NCBI GenBank assembly: GCA_030447305.1
Contig: JAUJPC010000001.1
Location: 263,998 to 327,997 of the forward strand
From: Actinomycetota bacterium
GTDB lineage: Bacteria > Actinomycetota > CADDZG01 > JAHWKV01
DNA: 64,000 bases
Direction: 5' to 3'
Shown here: positions 17,387-26,738 of the stretch, one piece after another
Layout: every line of letters begins with the position of its first letter
Position numbering within the stretch: position 1 is the stretch's first letter
Made by a program: the position numbers and the translations under genes
Notes under the pieces: model-generated
The model's input: the letters and a program-made list of their open reading frames with translations, nothing else
What the model was told of the DNA's origin: nothing
Databases searched by the model: none

Positions 17387-17793
17387 GGGCAGTCGACACC
17401 TCGGTAGCGGTTGCGGCGTTCGGAGACTGGCATCTGCTCAACGAGCCGGCCCGAGCCGTGCTGGACGACGGCGCAGCCCTCCCGATGCACTGTCTGGTTG
17501 AGACCTACTCGATCCTCACCGGTTTTCCGCCTCCCCACCGAGCGGCCCCTCAGCTCGTGTACGAGTGGATGGGGGACCGATTCCCGAATATCCTGCCGAG
17601 CCCTTCTCCCCATGACTGCAAGGGGCTGATCTCCAGGCTGGCGTCGGCCGGACGGTCCGGAGGCTCGGTTTACGACGGGTTGATTGGACTGACCGTCCAG
17701 CTTGCTGGAGGCGTCCTGATCACGGCGGACGAACGAGCGTCGGCTGTCTACGACCTGCTCGGCTTGGAGTGGCAGTACCTCCGAGAAGCTTAA
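17383..17793 (+). CDS. PIN-domain ribonuclease toxin (VapC-like)
   Basis: The N-terminus reads (L/M)RAVDTSV with the conserved Asp. A TTGA overlap links it to the antitoxin stop. The acidic residues characteristic of PIN are present. Confidence 0.8.
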   Translation: MRAVDTSVAVAAFGDWHLLNEPARAVLDDGAALPMHCLVETYSILTGFPPPHRAAPQLVYEWMGDRFPNILPSPSPHDCKGLISRLASAGRSGGSVYDGLIGLTVQLAGGVLITADERASAVYDLLGLEWQYLREA

Positions 17794-17799
17794 GCCCCT

Positions 17800-17890
17800 C
17801 CCCAGAGATCGACGATCACCTCCGACGCGAGATCATCGACGGCCAGTTGCCCGGCTTGTCTATGCCGGTCGATGAGGCACTCGGCGTGAA
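17800..17890 (+). pseudogene. Uma2-family gene remnant with internal deletion (only the N- and C-terminal motifs are retained)
   Basis: DDHLRREIIDGQ is fused directly to LPGLSMPVDEALGV. These motifs match the first and last conserved blocks of the intact Uma2 copies. Confidence 0.45.
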
Positions 17891-17917
17891 GTCAGATGGT
17901 AAGAAGACTCCGCTCCC

Positions 17918-19522
17918 CTATAGCAGGGCACCCTCCAGTCTGGAACCTGCAGACCTCCGCTCTTGCTTACCACGCTCCTTCTCGGCCAGGAGCCGCCGGA
18001 GGATCTTGCCCGTCGGGGCCCTCGGGATGGACTCCACCCGCTCTATCACCCTGACCTTCTTATAGGGGGCTACCCGCTCTGCAACGAAGGACATGATCTC
18101 CTCATCCGCCGGGTCCTGCCCCTCCCTGATCACGACATAGGCCTTCGGAACCTCTCCCACCTCCTCCTGGGGCACCCCGACCACCGCCGCATCGGCCACG
18201 GCCGGGTGGGTGGCCAGCACCGCCTCCAGCTGGGCGGGGGCAATCTGAAAGCCTTCGAATTTGATGAGCTCCTTCAGCCGATCCACCACGTAGAAGTTGC
18301 CTTCTTGATCCACCCTTACGATGTCGCCGGTGTGCAGCCACCCCTCTGAGTCGATCGTGGCTTCGGTCGCAGCACGGTTGTTCCAGTATCCCTTCATCAT
18401 TTGAGGTCCGCGGAAGAGCAGTTCACCTTCCTCACCGGGACCGCCGGTGACCGGATCAACGATTCTGGCAGTCGTGTTGGGCAGCAGGGGCCCAACCGAC
18501 CCCGGGGGGCTGGCTGAGGGGTCATCCGAGGTCCCGAGGACGGCGGGAGCGGCCTCCGTCATGCCGTAGCACTGCTTGACCACGCATCCCAGGCGGTCGG
18601 TACAGGCCTGCTGCTGCTGGGCGCTGAGCGGGGCGGCCGCCGAAGCCACCACCTCGAGGCTCGACAGGTCGTACTTATCCACCAGCGGGTGCCTGGCAAG
18701 CCCGAGCACCATCGGAGGAACCACGTCGACCCGGTTTATCCGGTACCTCTGGACCAGTTCGAGGAAGTGGGGAAAGTCCGGGCGAAGCATGGTGATCAAT
18801 GTGGCGCCCACCCTGAGTCCGAGGTTCATGACCACCTGCATGGGATAGATGTGAGCCAGGGGAAGCGCTGCGATCAGCCTGTCGCCGGTCCTCGGCAGGT
18901 GGCCTGCGCCGAAAATCTGCTCGATGTTGGCGACCAGGTTGCGGTGGGTCAACATGACGCCCTTCGGCAGCCCGCTGGTGCCGCTGGAGTACGGGAGAGC
19001 CGCAACGTCGTGCACGGGATCGATTTGTGGGGGGGACGCCAGAGTGCCTTCATCCCTGAGGGAGACGAACGAGGAGGCTTCCTCCTCCTCCCCGAGCACG
19101 AACAGCTCCTCCACCGAGGCCTGTTGCATCGCCTCTTTGGCTTTTTCCACCAAAGGGGGAATCGTCAGCAGATAGCGGGCCCCGCTGTCCTTCAGAACGT
19201 ATGAGATCTCGCCCGCGGTAAGCATCGGGTTCATGGGAAGAACGACTCCTCCCGCCGAGATGATCCCGTGATACGCCACCGGGTACTCGGGCAGGTTGGG
19301 CATGCAGACGGCAAAGACATCACCCTTGCGCAGCCCTCGGGCGATCAGCCCGGCGGCCGTCTGCCGGATCTGCTCCTCCAGCTCCTGATAGCTGAGGGCT
19401 CGACCGGAATCTCCGTCGATCAACGCCGGCTGGGGGCCGAGCTCTGCGGCCCGGTGGAGAACATAGTCGGTGATTCCGATGTCGGGGACGACTACATCGG
19501 GATGCGGGCTCTTAAAGATCAT
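17918..19522 (-). CDS. AMP-dependent acyl-CoA synthetase/ligase (4-coumarate-CoA ligase-like)
   Basis: The AMP-binding motif YSSGTSGLPKGVMLTHRNL, TGD, and the C-terminal lysine region are present. The likely start is MIFKSP at 19522, which has an RBS. Confidence 0.85.
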   Translation of the reverse strand: MIFKSPHPDVVVPDIGITDYVLHRAAELGPQPALIDGDSGRALSYQELEEQIRQTAAGLIARGLRKGDVFAVCMPNLPEYPVAYHGIISAGGVVLPMNPMLTAGEISYVLKDSGARYLLTIPPLVEKAKEAMQQASVEELFVLGEEEEASSFVSLRDEGTLASPPQIDPVHDVAALPYSSGTSGLPKGVMLTHRNLVANIEQIFGAGHLPRTGDRLIAALPLAHIYPMQVVMNLGLRVGATLITMLRPDFPHFLELVQRYRINRVDVVPPMVLGLARHPLVDKYDLSSLEVVASAAAPLSAQQQQACTDRLGCVVKQCYGMTEAAPAVLGTSDDPSASPPGSVGPLLPNTTARIVDPVTGGPGEEGELLFRGPQMMKGYWNNRAATEATIDSEGWLHTGDIVRVDQEGNFYVVDRLKELIKFEGFQIAPAQLEAVLATHPAVADAAVVGVPQEEVGEVPKAYVVIREGQDPADEEIMSFVAERVAPYKKVRVIERVESIPRAPTGKILRRLLAEKERGKQERRSAGSRLEGALL

Positions 19523-20150
19523 TTCGTTCTCCTCTCGAAAGACCATTGAAGACGGCGTAGAAGACGGTTTCGTAGATGTCGGTGTCGGCAAGGTCGGGAT
19601 TGGCGAAGGACTCCAATGCGAACCCGTTGGCCAGGGACATGAAGGTCATCGCCGTGACCTGTGGACTGAGAGCCAGCTCTCTGCCGGACTGCTTGGCCGC
19701 AACCTCGAAGGCCTGAGCAAACGCATCGCGGGTTCGATCCCGCAGGGCAGAAAAGCGCTCCCTCACCGCTGGGTCCCGGGCGGTGTAGGCCCAGAACTCG
19801 ATGAGGACCGAGGACCAGTCTCTCTCCTTGCGCAGGACCCCCAGCCACTCCTCGGTGGCAGCCCGCGCCTGGTCCTGGGAATCCACGTTTTCGGCATCTT
19901 GGAGGTACTTGGCGACTCGCGCGTTGACGCGCTCCTCGTACAACGCCAGGAATACGTCAACCTTGCTGTCGAACTGGGAGTAAACCGCACCTTTGGAGTA
20001 CCCGGCCTCCTCAGCAATCTGGTCGACTGTGGTGGCGTGAAAGCCCTGTCGGATGAAAACCTCCCGCGCTGCCTTCAGGAGTCGTTGCCGCGTAAGGGCT
20101 TTGGATTCCGAGCGAGTCAAACGTGGCATGTCTTCCTCCGACTTCATCAC
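19512..20150 (-). CDS. TetR/AcrR family transcriptional regulator
   Basis: The N-terminal HTH region contains a TetR signature (LLKAAREVF...GFHATTVDQIAEEAGYSKGAVYSQF). It lies upstream of, and is co-oriented with, the acyl-CoA ligase gene. Confidence 0.85.
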   Translation of the reverse strand: MMKSEEDMPRLTRSESKALTRQRLLKAAREVFIRQGFHATTVDQIAEEAGYSKGAVYSQFDSKVDVFLALYEERVNARVAKYLQDAENVDSQDQARAATEEWLGVLRKERDWSSVLIEFWAYTARDPAVRERFSALRDRTRDAFAQAFEVAAKQSGRELALSPQVTAMTFMSLANGFALESFANPDLADTDIYETVFYAVFNGLSRGERNDL

Positions 20151-20158
20151 ATACCAAT

Positions 20159-20180
20159 AGTATTTAGATACTAAGAGTAT
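20159..20180. promoter_or_regulatory. overlapping palindromes (agtat-ttag-atact-aag-agtat) just upstream of the tetR start; candidate TetR operator
   Basis: Seen in the sequence within an AT-rich intergenic stretch. Confidence 0.3.
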
Positions 20181-20360
20181 GTCAAGCCTTATTCCAGGCG
20201 ATGATCAAGCCGAAGGGTTCGGCCATTGAGCGCATCCAGTACCGAGCGCGCTTGATGGCTACATCTATGCGCTGCTGATGGATCGGCGGATTCGTAGGGC
20301 CGGACTCGTGATCGGGATCGTTTGTCTGCGGCCGCGAACGCCCCAAAGGTGACGAAGTAG

Positions 20361-20720
20361 TTGACTGATAAATTCGAAAGTCTTGTGCAACGTTGGGGGC
20401 AAGCGGCCTGGGACTCCTGGGAGTATCCCGAGCCGCCGGCGGATTGGATCGGCCTTCTCTGTAAACGACTGCCCCCGGGCCTCAGGGCGGCGCTAGCTGC
20501 CGGGGTTCAATCGGCGAGCATCATCGTCACTGATGGACATCGGTTCACTCTCAAAGGCCTTCCACCAGGAAAGGGGCCTTACGCCTGGTTCAGCAAAAGC
20601 AGCCACTCACAGACGCCTGCCCCGAACTGGGAGTACTTCATTCAGGCGCTGCGGAGTTTTGCTCGAATGAAGACGGAGCTCGACAGCGTCCATCTTCCCG
20701 GTCCAACCACCAAGCGGTAG
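20361..20720 (+). CDS. hypothetical protein
   Basis: An ORF with a plausible start. No family was recognised. It lies upstream of the MazEF-like pair. Confidence 0.35.
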   Translation: MTDKFESLVQRWGQAAWDSWEYPEPPADWIGLLCKRLPPGLRAALAAGVQSASIIVTDGHRFTLKGLPPGKGPYAWFSKSSHSQTPAPNWEYFIQALRSFARMKTELDSVHLPGPTTKR

Positions 20721-20730
20721 TATCTCGAGT

Positions 20731-20994
20731 ATGGCGAAGGAGAAGGTGACGATTACCGTCGACCGGGCCAAGCTGTCCGAGGCTCGAGCTCTGCTCCGGG
20801 TCGGCTCCGCCTCGGCCGCCATCGATATCGCACTGTCCGAGCTCGTGCGGCGCAGGCGGCTCCGCCGCGATGTCGAGGCATACAGGAATACCCCCCCCAC
20901 TGCCGAGGAGATGGCGGTGGGCGAGGCGCAGCCGGATTGGACCGACCTGGCGGACGACACCGATTGGGACGCCGAATGGCCCGTCCATCGGTGA
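20731..20994 (+). CDS. type II antitoxin (MazE-like/RHH-type) paired with MazF
   Basis: A small protein with the N-terminus KEKVTITVDRAKLSEARAL and a DNA-binding-like fold. Its stop overlaps the toxin start (GTGA). Confidence 0.6.
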   Translation: MAKEKVTITVDRAKLSEARALLRVGSASAAIDIALSELVRRRRLRRDVEAYRNTPPTAEEMAVGEAQPDWTDLADDTDWDAEWPVHR

Positions 20995-21314
20995 CGCCCA
21001 CACCTCGCCGCGGCGAGGTGTGGCTGGCTCAGCTCGACAAGCGTAGGCCGGTGGTGGTCCTCACCCGCGACCCACTCGGGGGCATCCTGCACTCGGTGAT
21101 CGTCGGCCCGGTAACCTCCAGGATTCGGGGACTGTCGACCGAAGTCGAGTTGAGTGAGGATGACGGCATGCGCAGGCGCTCGGTCGTGAACCTAGACAAC
21201 ATCCAACTACTCCCGCGGGGCAGGCTCGTCCGGCGTGTCGGCAGGGCGACGCCGGAAACCATGCAACGCATCTGCGTGGCCGCTGCTGCGGCTGTAGATT
21301 GCTTAACTCCGTAA
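20991..21314 (+). CDS. mazF: MazF/PemK-family mRNA interferase toxin
   Basis: RGEVWLAQLDKRRPVVVLTRD...SVVNLDNIQLLPRGRLVRRVG is the typical MazF/Kid fold signature. The GTG start at 20991 overlaps the antitoxin stop. Confidence 0.75.
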   Translation: MTPTPRRGEVWLAQLDKRRPVVVLTRDPLGGILHSVIVGPVTSRIRGLSTEVELSEDDGMRRRSVVNLDNIQLLPRGRLVRRVGRATPETMQRICVAAAAAVDCLTP

Positions 21315-21529
21315 GCTGTCTGCACCGCTCGACGACTGGGCACAAGCTCCTGAAGCTTCACCGGCACCGCCGCCACAAGCTGGCGTCCTAAAGTTTGTGG
21401 GCCGTGCCCTCCAAATCGTGGACTGCAACCTGATCTCCCGGACACTATGACTTAGCCGACCAAAACAGCTTTGAACTCCGGAAGAGGTGATTTGGCTTCC
21501 GAAAGTCGATGCTGAACAACGTCGGCGAG

Positions 21530-21814
21530 TTAGTCCCAGATTCTCATCGGGGTCACCCGGACCTGTTCGCCGCACCTGGGACATGGGTGCTTGACCGGGT
21601 CCCACGTTTCCAAGTTTGTTCCTTTGCACTTGTAGCAAGTCCCAACCTCGCTCGACGAGCTATAGCCGGAGTCCCAAACCAGTACGTCCACCAACTCGCG
21701 ATCGGTTCGACAGATCATGGTTTCCACCATTCCCGAGAAACCCGCGTCCATGCCGGCAGAGCCCTCAGTGGTGTAGCCGCACCTCGGGCATTCAAGCCTG
21801 TTCAGCAATCCCAT
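21530..21814 (-). CDS. small zinc-ribbon protein (three CxxC pairs)
   Basis: The inner Met has a ggagg RBS 4 nt upstream. Cysteine pairs are CPRCG, CYKCKG and CPRCG. Confidence 0.45.
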   Translation of the reverse strand: MGLLNRLECPRCGYTTEGSAGMDAGFSGMVETMICRTDRELVDVLVWDSGYSSSSEVGTCYKCKGTNLETWDPVKHPCPRCGEQVRVTPMRIWD

Positions 21815-22035
21815 GGCGCCTCCGTACCTGGATCCTCGGCGGCAGTGCCCCAACACCACGACGGTATCCTGAGCGCATGCGTACGACGAGCACCTTTGAG
21901 AATCAGGATACGGTCCAGATGGAACGTCTGCGCGCGGCTGCGGCCCTCGAGCTCGCCGAGGGATCCCCGCACGATGCTGATTGACGTTCAATCCAGTGGC
22001 TGACGGGATCGGGTGGAGCTGGCGCGGAGCTCCGG

Positions 22036-22758
22036 ATGGTTGTTCCTGAGGATCCGGACCGGCAAGCTGCATGGCAGCCTCAGACGCTGGTCGCGCGCGC
22101 CGCGGTGGTGTCGCTGCACCTGGCCCCCGGCGTTCTGGCCTACTTTCTGTTGCGGACCAGCCGGCAACCGCTGCAGGTGGCCCTTGGCATCACCAGCGCC
22201 GAGGCTCAGATTGGCGTAATCATGACCGGCGTCATGCTGCTGATGGGCGCCGCAACCTTCTTCTGCGCTCGTCTCCTTGATGGCCTCGGTCCTGTGGGCA
22301 CCCTGCGCTTAACCGGATTCTTCCGCTTCGATTGGATGGCGGTGCTCCTTGCCGTACCGATTTGGCTGGCCGTCCTCGCCACCTCGTCTGTCTTGAGCTA
22401 CGAAAATAGCCTCCGCGCATTCATAGAGACCGTCGATTGGCTGGCTATTCCGCCCTGGCACTTCCAGCGCATCGACGGGTTCGCCCAGATTTCACCGCTG
22501 CTCGGTGCCTTTGCTTTGCTGGCCAACGTGCTATGCGAGGAAATGTGGTTTCGAGGGTTCCTTCAGAACAAGCTACTGTTCCTGGGAAGGCTCAGCTGGA
22601 TAGTCGCCGGTCTGCTCTTCACGCTCTATCACGTATTCCAGGCGCCCATAGCCTATCCTGGCGTCCTCGGGGCCTTAGCCCTTGCCGGGCTCTGGGCTAT
22701 GAGAGGCGACCTTTGGTCCTGCATTCTGCTTCACACCCTTCTCAACGCTGCGGTTTGA
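22036..22758 (+). CDS. CPBP family intramembrane glutamic endopeptidase (CAAX protease/Abi-like)
   Basis: Motifs EEMWFRGFL, FTLYH and HTLLN are present on a polytopic membrane protein. Confidence 0.75.
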   Translation: MVVPEDPDRQAAWQPQTLVARAAVVSLHLAPGVLAYFLLRTSRQPLQVALGITSAEAQIGVIMTGVMLLMGAATFFCARLLDGLGPVGTLRLTGFFRFDWMAVLLAVPIWLAVLATSSVLSYENSLRAFIETVDWLAIPPWHFQRIDGFAQISPLLGAFALLANVLCEEMWFRGFLQNKLLFLGRLSWIVAGLLFTLYHVFQAPIAYPGVLGALALAGLWAMRGDLWSCILLHTLLNAAV

Positions 22759-22923
22759 TCGTCCCGCTCGGGCGTCCAAAGTTCTCGACGGCTATCGCCA
22801 GAATGTGACCGACCAGCCAAACGCATAACGAGGGCGGCTCTACCGGAGCAAGTACCTATCTGGAATGTGCATGAGGGCCCCGGCCACCGCGGTTTGCCTG
22901 CACGAGTTGAGGATCTTCTCCGC

Positions 22924-23406
22924 TCATTGCGGGTCCGCCTGAGTCAGACGGGCGGTAGCTTCCTCCTGGCGCCGGGCCGCCTCGGTGAGGAAGTGGAGGA
23001 TGGTTTCCAGCTCTTCGTTTGAGTAGCCCTCCAGCAGCTCGGTCAGGGACTTCACCAAGTCGTCGAATAGTCCGGCGCTGGCGTGGACCTGCTCCGGGAC
23101 CAGCTCGACCAGGACGCTTCGCCCATCGGCAGGGTTGGGGACTCGCCGGAGGAACCCTTTGCTTTCCAGGCGATTTATCAGGCCGGTCACTGACGCCGGC
23201 GCCAGGCCGGACCTGGCGCTCAGCTCGCCGGCATTCATAGGTCCGATGCGCTCCAGCAGGTCCAGGGCCTTACCATCGGTGGGACCCAGCCCCGCCTTGG
23301 CGGCCATCGCGGCATGGAACATCACTGCAGCCGTGCTCAGGATTCGCCCTACATAGAGCACCTGCTCCATCAGTTCCCGGCGGCGCGTGTCCCCGTCGCT
23401 TGACAT
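22924..23406 (-). CDS. MarR family transcriptional regulator
   Basis: It has a winged-helix core (LDLLERIGPMNAGELSARSGLAPASVTGLINRLESKGFLRR) and is divergent from an FAD monooxygenase gene. Confidence 0.8.
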   Translation of the reverse strand: MSSDGDTRRRELMEQVLYVGRILSTAAVMFHAAMAAKAGLGPTDGKALDLLERIGPMNAGELSARSGLAPASVTGLINRLESKGFLRRVPNPADGRSVLVELVPEQVHASAGLFDDLVKSLTELLEGYSNEELETILHFLTEAARRQEEATARLTQADPQ

Positions 23407-23426
23407 GGCAGAGAACCTAGCAGATT

Positions 23427-23452
23427 ATTTAGTTCGGCTAAACGAAATAAAT
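23427..23452. promoter_or_regulatory. imperfect inverted repeat (atttagttcg-N6-cgaaataaat) in the marR/monooxygenase divergent intergenic region; candidate MarR operator
   Basis: 9 of 10 bp in the arms match. The repeat lies in an AT-rich 54-bp intergenic region. Confidence 0.3.
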
Positions 23453-23460
23453 GGGCTAGG

Positions 23461-24677
23461 ATGAGAGGGGACGGCATGAAGGCGCTTGTAGTAGGAGGAG
23501 GTATTGCAGGGCCGGTGGCGGTGATGGCCCTACAGAAGATCGGGGTCGACTCCACCATCTACGAGGCCTACCCTCGAGGCGCAGGAGACGCCGGCGCCTT
23601 CCTGACCTTTGCCGGCAACGGGATGAACGCACTCGAGTCGATCGACGCGGCCGGGCCGGTCAGACAGACGGGTTTTGCAACGCCCCGCCTGGTCTTCCGC
23701 AGCGGCTCGGGCAAATGGCTGGGGGAGGTTCCGAATGGCGGAAGCGTCGCCGACGGCACCGTCAGCCATACCATTCGCAGGGCCGACCTCTACCGGGCCC
23801 TCCAGTACCAGGCCCGGCAGCGGGGGATCACGGTCGAGTACGGCAAGAAGCTGGTCGACGCCCGGCTGCACCCGGACGGGGTCACCGCCCTTTTTGCCGA
23901 CGGATCCCAGGCGTTGGGGGACTTTCTGGTCGGATGTGACGGCCTTCGCTCGGCGACCCGCCGGATCATCGACCCCGCCGCTCCGGCGGCCCGCTACGTC
24001 CCCGTGCTGAACACCGGAGGCTATGCGACCGGAGTCGAGGTCGACGGGCAGGTGGGGAGTTCCACATGATCTTCGGCAAGCGCTGCTTCTTCGGATACGT
24101 CAAGGCCCCGAACGGAGAGATCTGGTGGTTCGCCAACCCGCCCCGCCGCGAGGAGCCCACGTCGGAGGAGCTGTCGGCGCTCGAGAGCGGGCAGTGGACC
24201 GACCTGCTGATCGACCTTTTCTCCGACGACGCCGGTCCTGCCGTCGACATAATCCGGGCAACGACCAATCGCCTCACCGCCTGGAAAACCTACGATGTGC
24301 CGAAGGTCCCGCGCTGGCATAACGAGCGGATGATCATCATTGGCGATGCCGCCCACGCCACCGCCCCCTCGACGGGTCAGGGAGCCTCGATGGCGATTGA
24401 GGACGCCGTTCTCCTTGCCAAGTGCCTGCGGGACCTCCCGTTCGGCGAGGCGTTCCCGGCGCTCGTCGATCTCCGCCGGGAACGGGTGGAGGCGGTGGTG
24501 GCGCACGGCGCCCGTTCGTCCAACGGAAAGGCGGCGGGGCCGATTGCCCGGGCGGTGTGGGATCTGGTCATGCCGGCTGTGCTGAAGCGGATGGCCTCGA
24601 GCAAAAAGCAGGAGTGGATGTACGGCTACCGCATCGATTGGGACTGCAAGGTCGAGCGCTTCCGGCGAGCGGCGTAG
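23461..24677 (+). pseudogene. FAD-dependent monooxygenase (salicylate/aromatic hydroxylase-like) with a frameshift near 24050
   Basis: The N-terminal ORF has GGGIAG (FAD-binding) and the C-terminal ORF has GDAAH...G.G...EDA. The junction is a G4 run, and one extra G would restore VGEFHMIFGK. Confidence 0.7.
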
Positions 24678-24883
24678 TATCGGCGCCGATGCCACAGTTC
24701 ATCGGGTGGCCGCCGGAAGCGTTGGAGTGGTTCCGGGAGCTCGAGGGCGTGATCAGGAGGGCAGGATCTCGCTCAGTTCCTCCAGCCGCTCGATCCATCT
24801 CACCCAGCGATCTGTCGGGGGAGATCGTCCGAATTGGTGCTCTTGTCGGCGGTCACCGACCGAGACGGGTGTGGATACACGGC

Positions 24884-25414
24884 TCAGCTCCCAGTCATCT
24901 TGACCGCCTCCTGCACCGCCCGGCGGAAGGAGGCCGGATCAATGGCCGGGAATCGGTAAAGCCCGGGTTCGATCCTTTCGTAGAGCTCCAGCAGGAGTTC
25001 GGGGTCGACCAAGTTGTCCTCAAACATGCTTCTCACATCCGATTGATCCCGGGTATGGCCCCGCTCGATCTTTGAAAGCGCCTGAGAGTACGGGTCGTAA
25101 TGGAAGAACGAGACACTGCCCCGCTGATCTATCAGCAGGCTGCGATCCTGCCAGCCGGGGAGCTCGGGAATGAACTGATCGGGGGCGGCCAGCTCCACGT
25201 TGATTTCAAGTGACTCCTTTAGCCGGGGAAGCTCCCTCATCACGGCATCCGAATCGGGGACCAGCTTGAGGTCGATATCGATGGTCGTCTCCCGCCAACC
25301 ATGAAGAATGGCGGTGACGCCGCCGGTGAAATAGATGCTGATCGGCTCCCGGGCTATCTTGGCGAGGGCCTCCATGAAGCGTTCGAGCGCCGCCGGAGTG
25401 GTCAGCCTACGCAT
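24884..25414 (-). CDS. minimal nucleotidyltransferase-fold protein (AbiEii/MNT-like core)
   Basis: The motif YFTGGVTAILHGWRETTIDIDL matches the GG/GS...D.D nucleotidyltransferase signature. It is 176 aa and overlaps the upstream small ORF by 13 nt. Confidence 0.5.
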   Translation of the reverse strand: MRRLTTPAALERFMEALAKIAREPISIYFTGGVTAILHGWRETTIDIDLKLVPDSDAVMRELPRLKESLEINVELAAPDQFIPELPGWQDRSLLIDQRGSVSFFHYDPYSQALSKIERGHTRDQSDVRSMFEDNLVDPELLLELYERIEPGLYRFPAIDPASFRRAVQEAVKMTGS

Positions 25415-25677
25415 TCAGCAGCCCGCTCAAAGCTGACCAGCAGCCGTATCAGTGCGTTGTAGCGAGAGTGGGCGTTGTCCGGTTCATCCCGAGTCAACAG
25501 ATCGTAGAGACGCTTTTCGGGATCACCCTCAATTTGAGGCGGAACGTCCAAACCAAGCCGGGCGAGCCTGGGTCTGCCGATCATTACCAGAAGAGCCGCC
25601 ACCGTCTCCTCGCCGCGAGCAAGATCGTCCAGGCCGGATCTGATGACCTCGAATCCAGGTAGATCAGGCCGGTCCAT
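25402..25677 (-). CDS. small protein (91 aa) co-transcribed with the nucleotidyltransferase-like gene; putative cognate partner/antitoxin
   Basis: An ORF with a start/stop overlap onto the downstream gene. No family was recognised. Confidence 0.4.
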   Translation of the reverse strand: MDRPDLPGFEVIRSGLDDLARGEETVAALLVMIGRPRLARLGLDVPPQIEGDPEKRLYDLLTRDEPDNAHSRYNALIRLLVSFERAAECVG

Positions 25678-25821
25678 CGATCCATCGTAGCTCGGACATC
25701 ACCGGGGGTCTTGCCATGGTTTGCTGAGCGCTTCCTCCGAGCTCAACCTTCATCCGCTGCTCTGGCGCTTCGGCTCAGCTTCGTCTAAGAAGGCTGCTAC
25801 ATGTAGCGAACATGGTTTAAT

Positions 25822-26061
25822 GTGGCCTACATGTCCAAGATGATTCAGGTTCGCAATGTCCCCGATGCGGTACACCGTGAAGTCAAAGCGCGAGCCGCTC
25901 GCGCCGGTATGAGCCTGTCCGATTTTCTTCTCCGAGAAGTTGAACGACTGATCGAAGCTCCTTCTATCGAGGATGTCCTGGATCGCCTGGCGTCGCGCAA
26001 GCGCCCTCGGCTCTCCGAGACGCCGGCTGAAGCCATCCGGGCAGAGCGCCTTTCTCGTTGA
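25822..26061 (+). CDS. ribbon-helix-helix antitoxin (VapB/FitA-like)
   Basis: The N-terminal beta-strand IQVRNVPDAVHREVKARAARAGMSLSDFL is typical of the RHH fold. It is translationally coupled to a PIN gene. Confidence 0.7.
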   Translation: MAYMSKMIQVRNVPDAVHREVKARAARAGMSLSDFLLREVERLIEAPSIEDVLDRLASRKRPRLSETPAEAIRAERLSR

Positions 26062-26465
26062 TCGTCGTAGATGCCTCGGTGGTGGTCGACCTGCTCCTGG
26101 GCGCCGGCTCAGAAGCGGGCGACGCCCTGGCGCAGCGCCTGGTGCTTCGGGAATCGGTGTGCGCTCCAGAGTTTATCGACGTTGAAGTGGGGCAGGTACT
26201 GCGCCGGTTCTGGCTCCGGCAAGAGTTGCCGGATGTTGAAGCTACAGCGCTGGTTCGGGAGATGCTCGAGCTTCCAATTCGCCGATACCCGCCTTCGCGG
26301 CTCGTGGCCCGCGCCTTCGAGTTCCGATCGAATGTGACCGTGTACGACGGCATCTACCTGGCACTCGCCGAGGTTCTTGATGCTCCGCTCTTCACCGGCG
26401 ATGCCGCACTTGTTGACGTCCCCGGCTGTGGAGCCATCGTCCAACTGGTTTCCACGTCGGCCTGA
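26058..26465 (+). CDS. PIN-domain toxin (VapC-like)
   Basis: The N-terminus reads (L/M)IVVDASVVVDLL and the conserved PIN acidic residues are present. A TTGA overlap links it to the antitoxin. Confidence 0.8.
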   Translation: MIVVDASVVVDLLLGAGSEAGDALAQRLVLRESVCAPEFIDVEVGQVLRRFWLRQELPDVEATALVREMLELPIRRYPPSRLVARAFEFRSNVTVYDGIYLALAEVLDAPLFTGDAALVDVPGCGAIVQLVSTSA

Positions 26466-26738
26466 GCGCCAGGCTGTCAGCGCCGGTCGAGCGACATCGT
26501 ATGGAAGAGCTGTGCCGGGCGCTGGCAACTGCGGTGGCGGTACGGGCTGACGGGGGGATTGGGTCCGGCGGCCCAGGCAGAGCCCCACCTTAAGGAGGTC
26601 GATGACCTCATCGATTAGGCGCTTGGCATTTGTCCGGACATCGGTCGCAGTGTCTGCATTCTCTGACGCCTTCGCCACCCGTAAACTGTCACCACCAGCC
26701 TCTAGCTTTTCCGGCATGGGCAACTCAGGAGGTGCACC

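Noticed and set aside
17769-18065. 98-aa plus-strand ORF spanning the Uma2 remnant and running antisense into the acyl-CoA ligase gene
   Set aside because: Only its first about 30 codons carry Uma2 motifs. The rest is antisense overlap with a well-supported gene.
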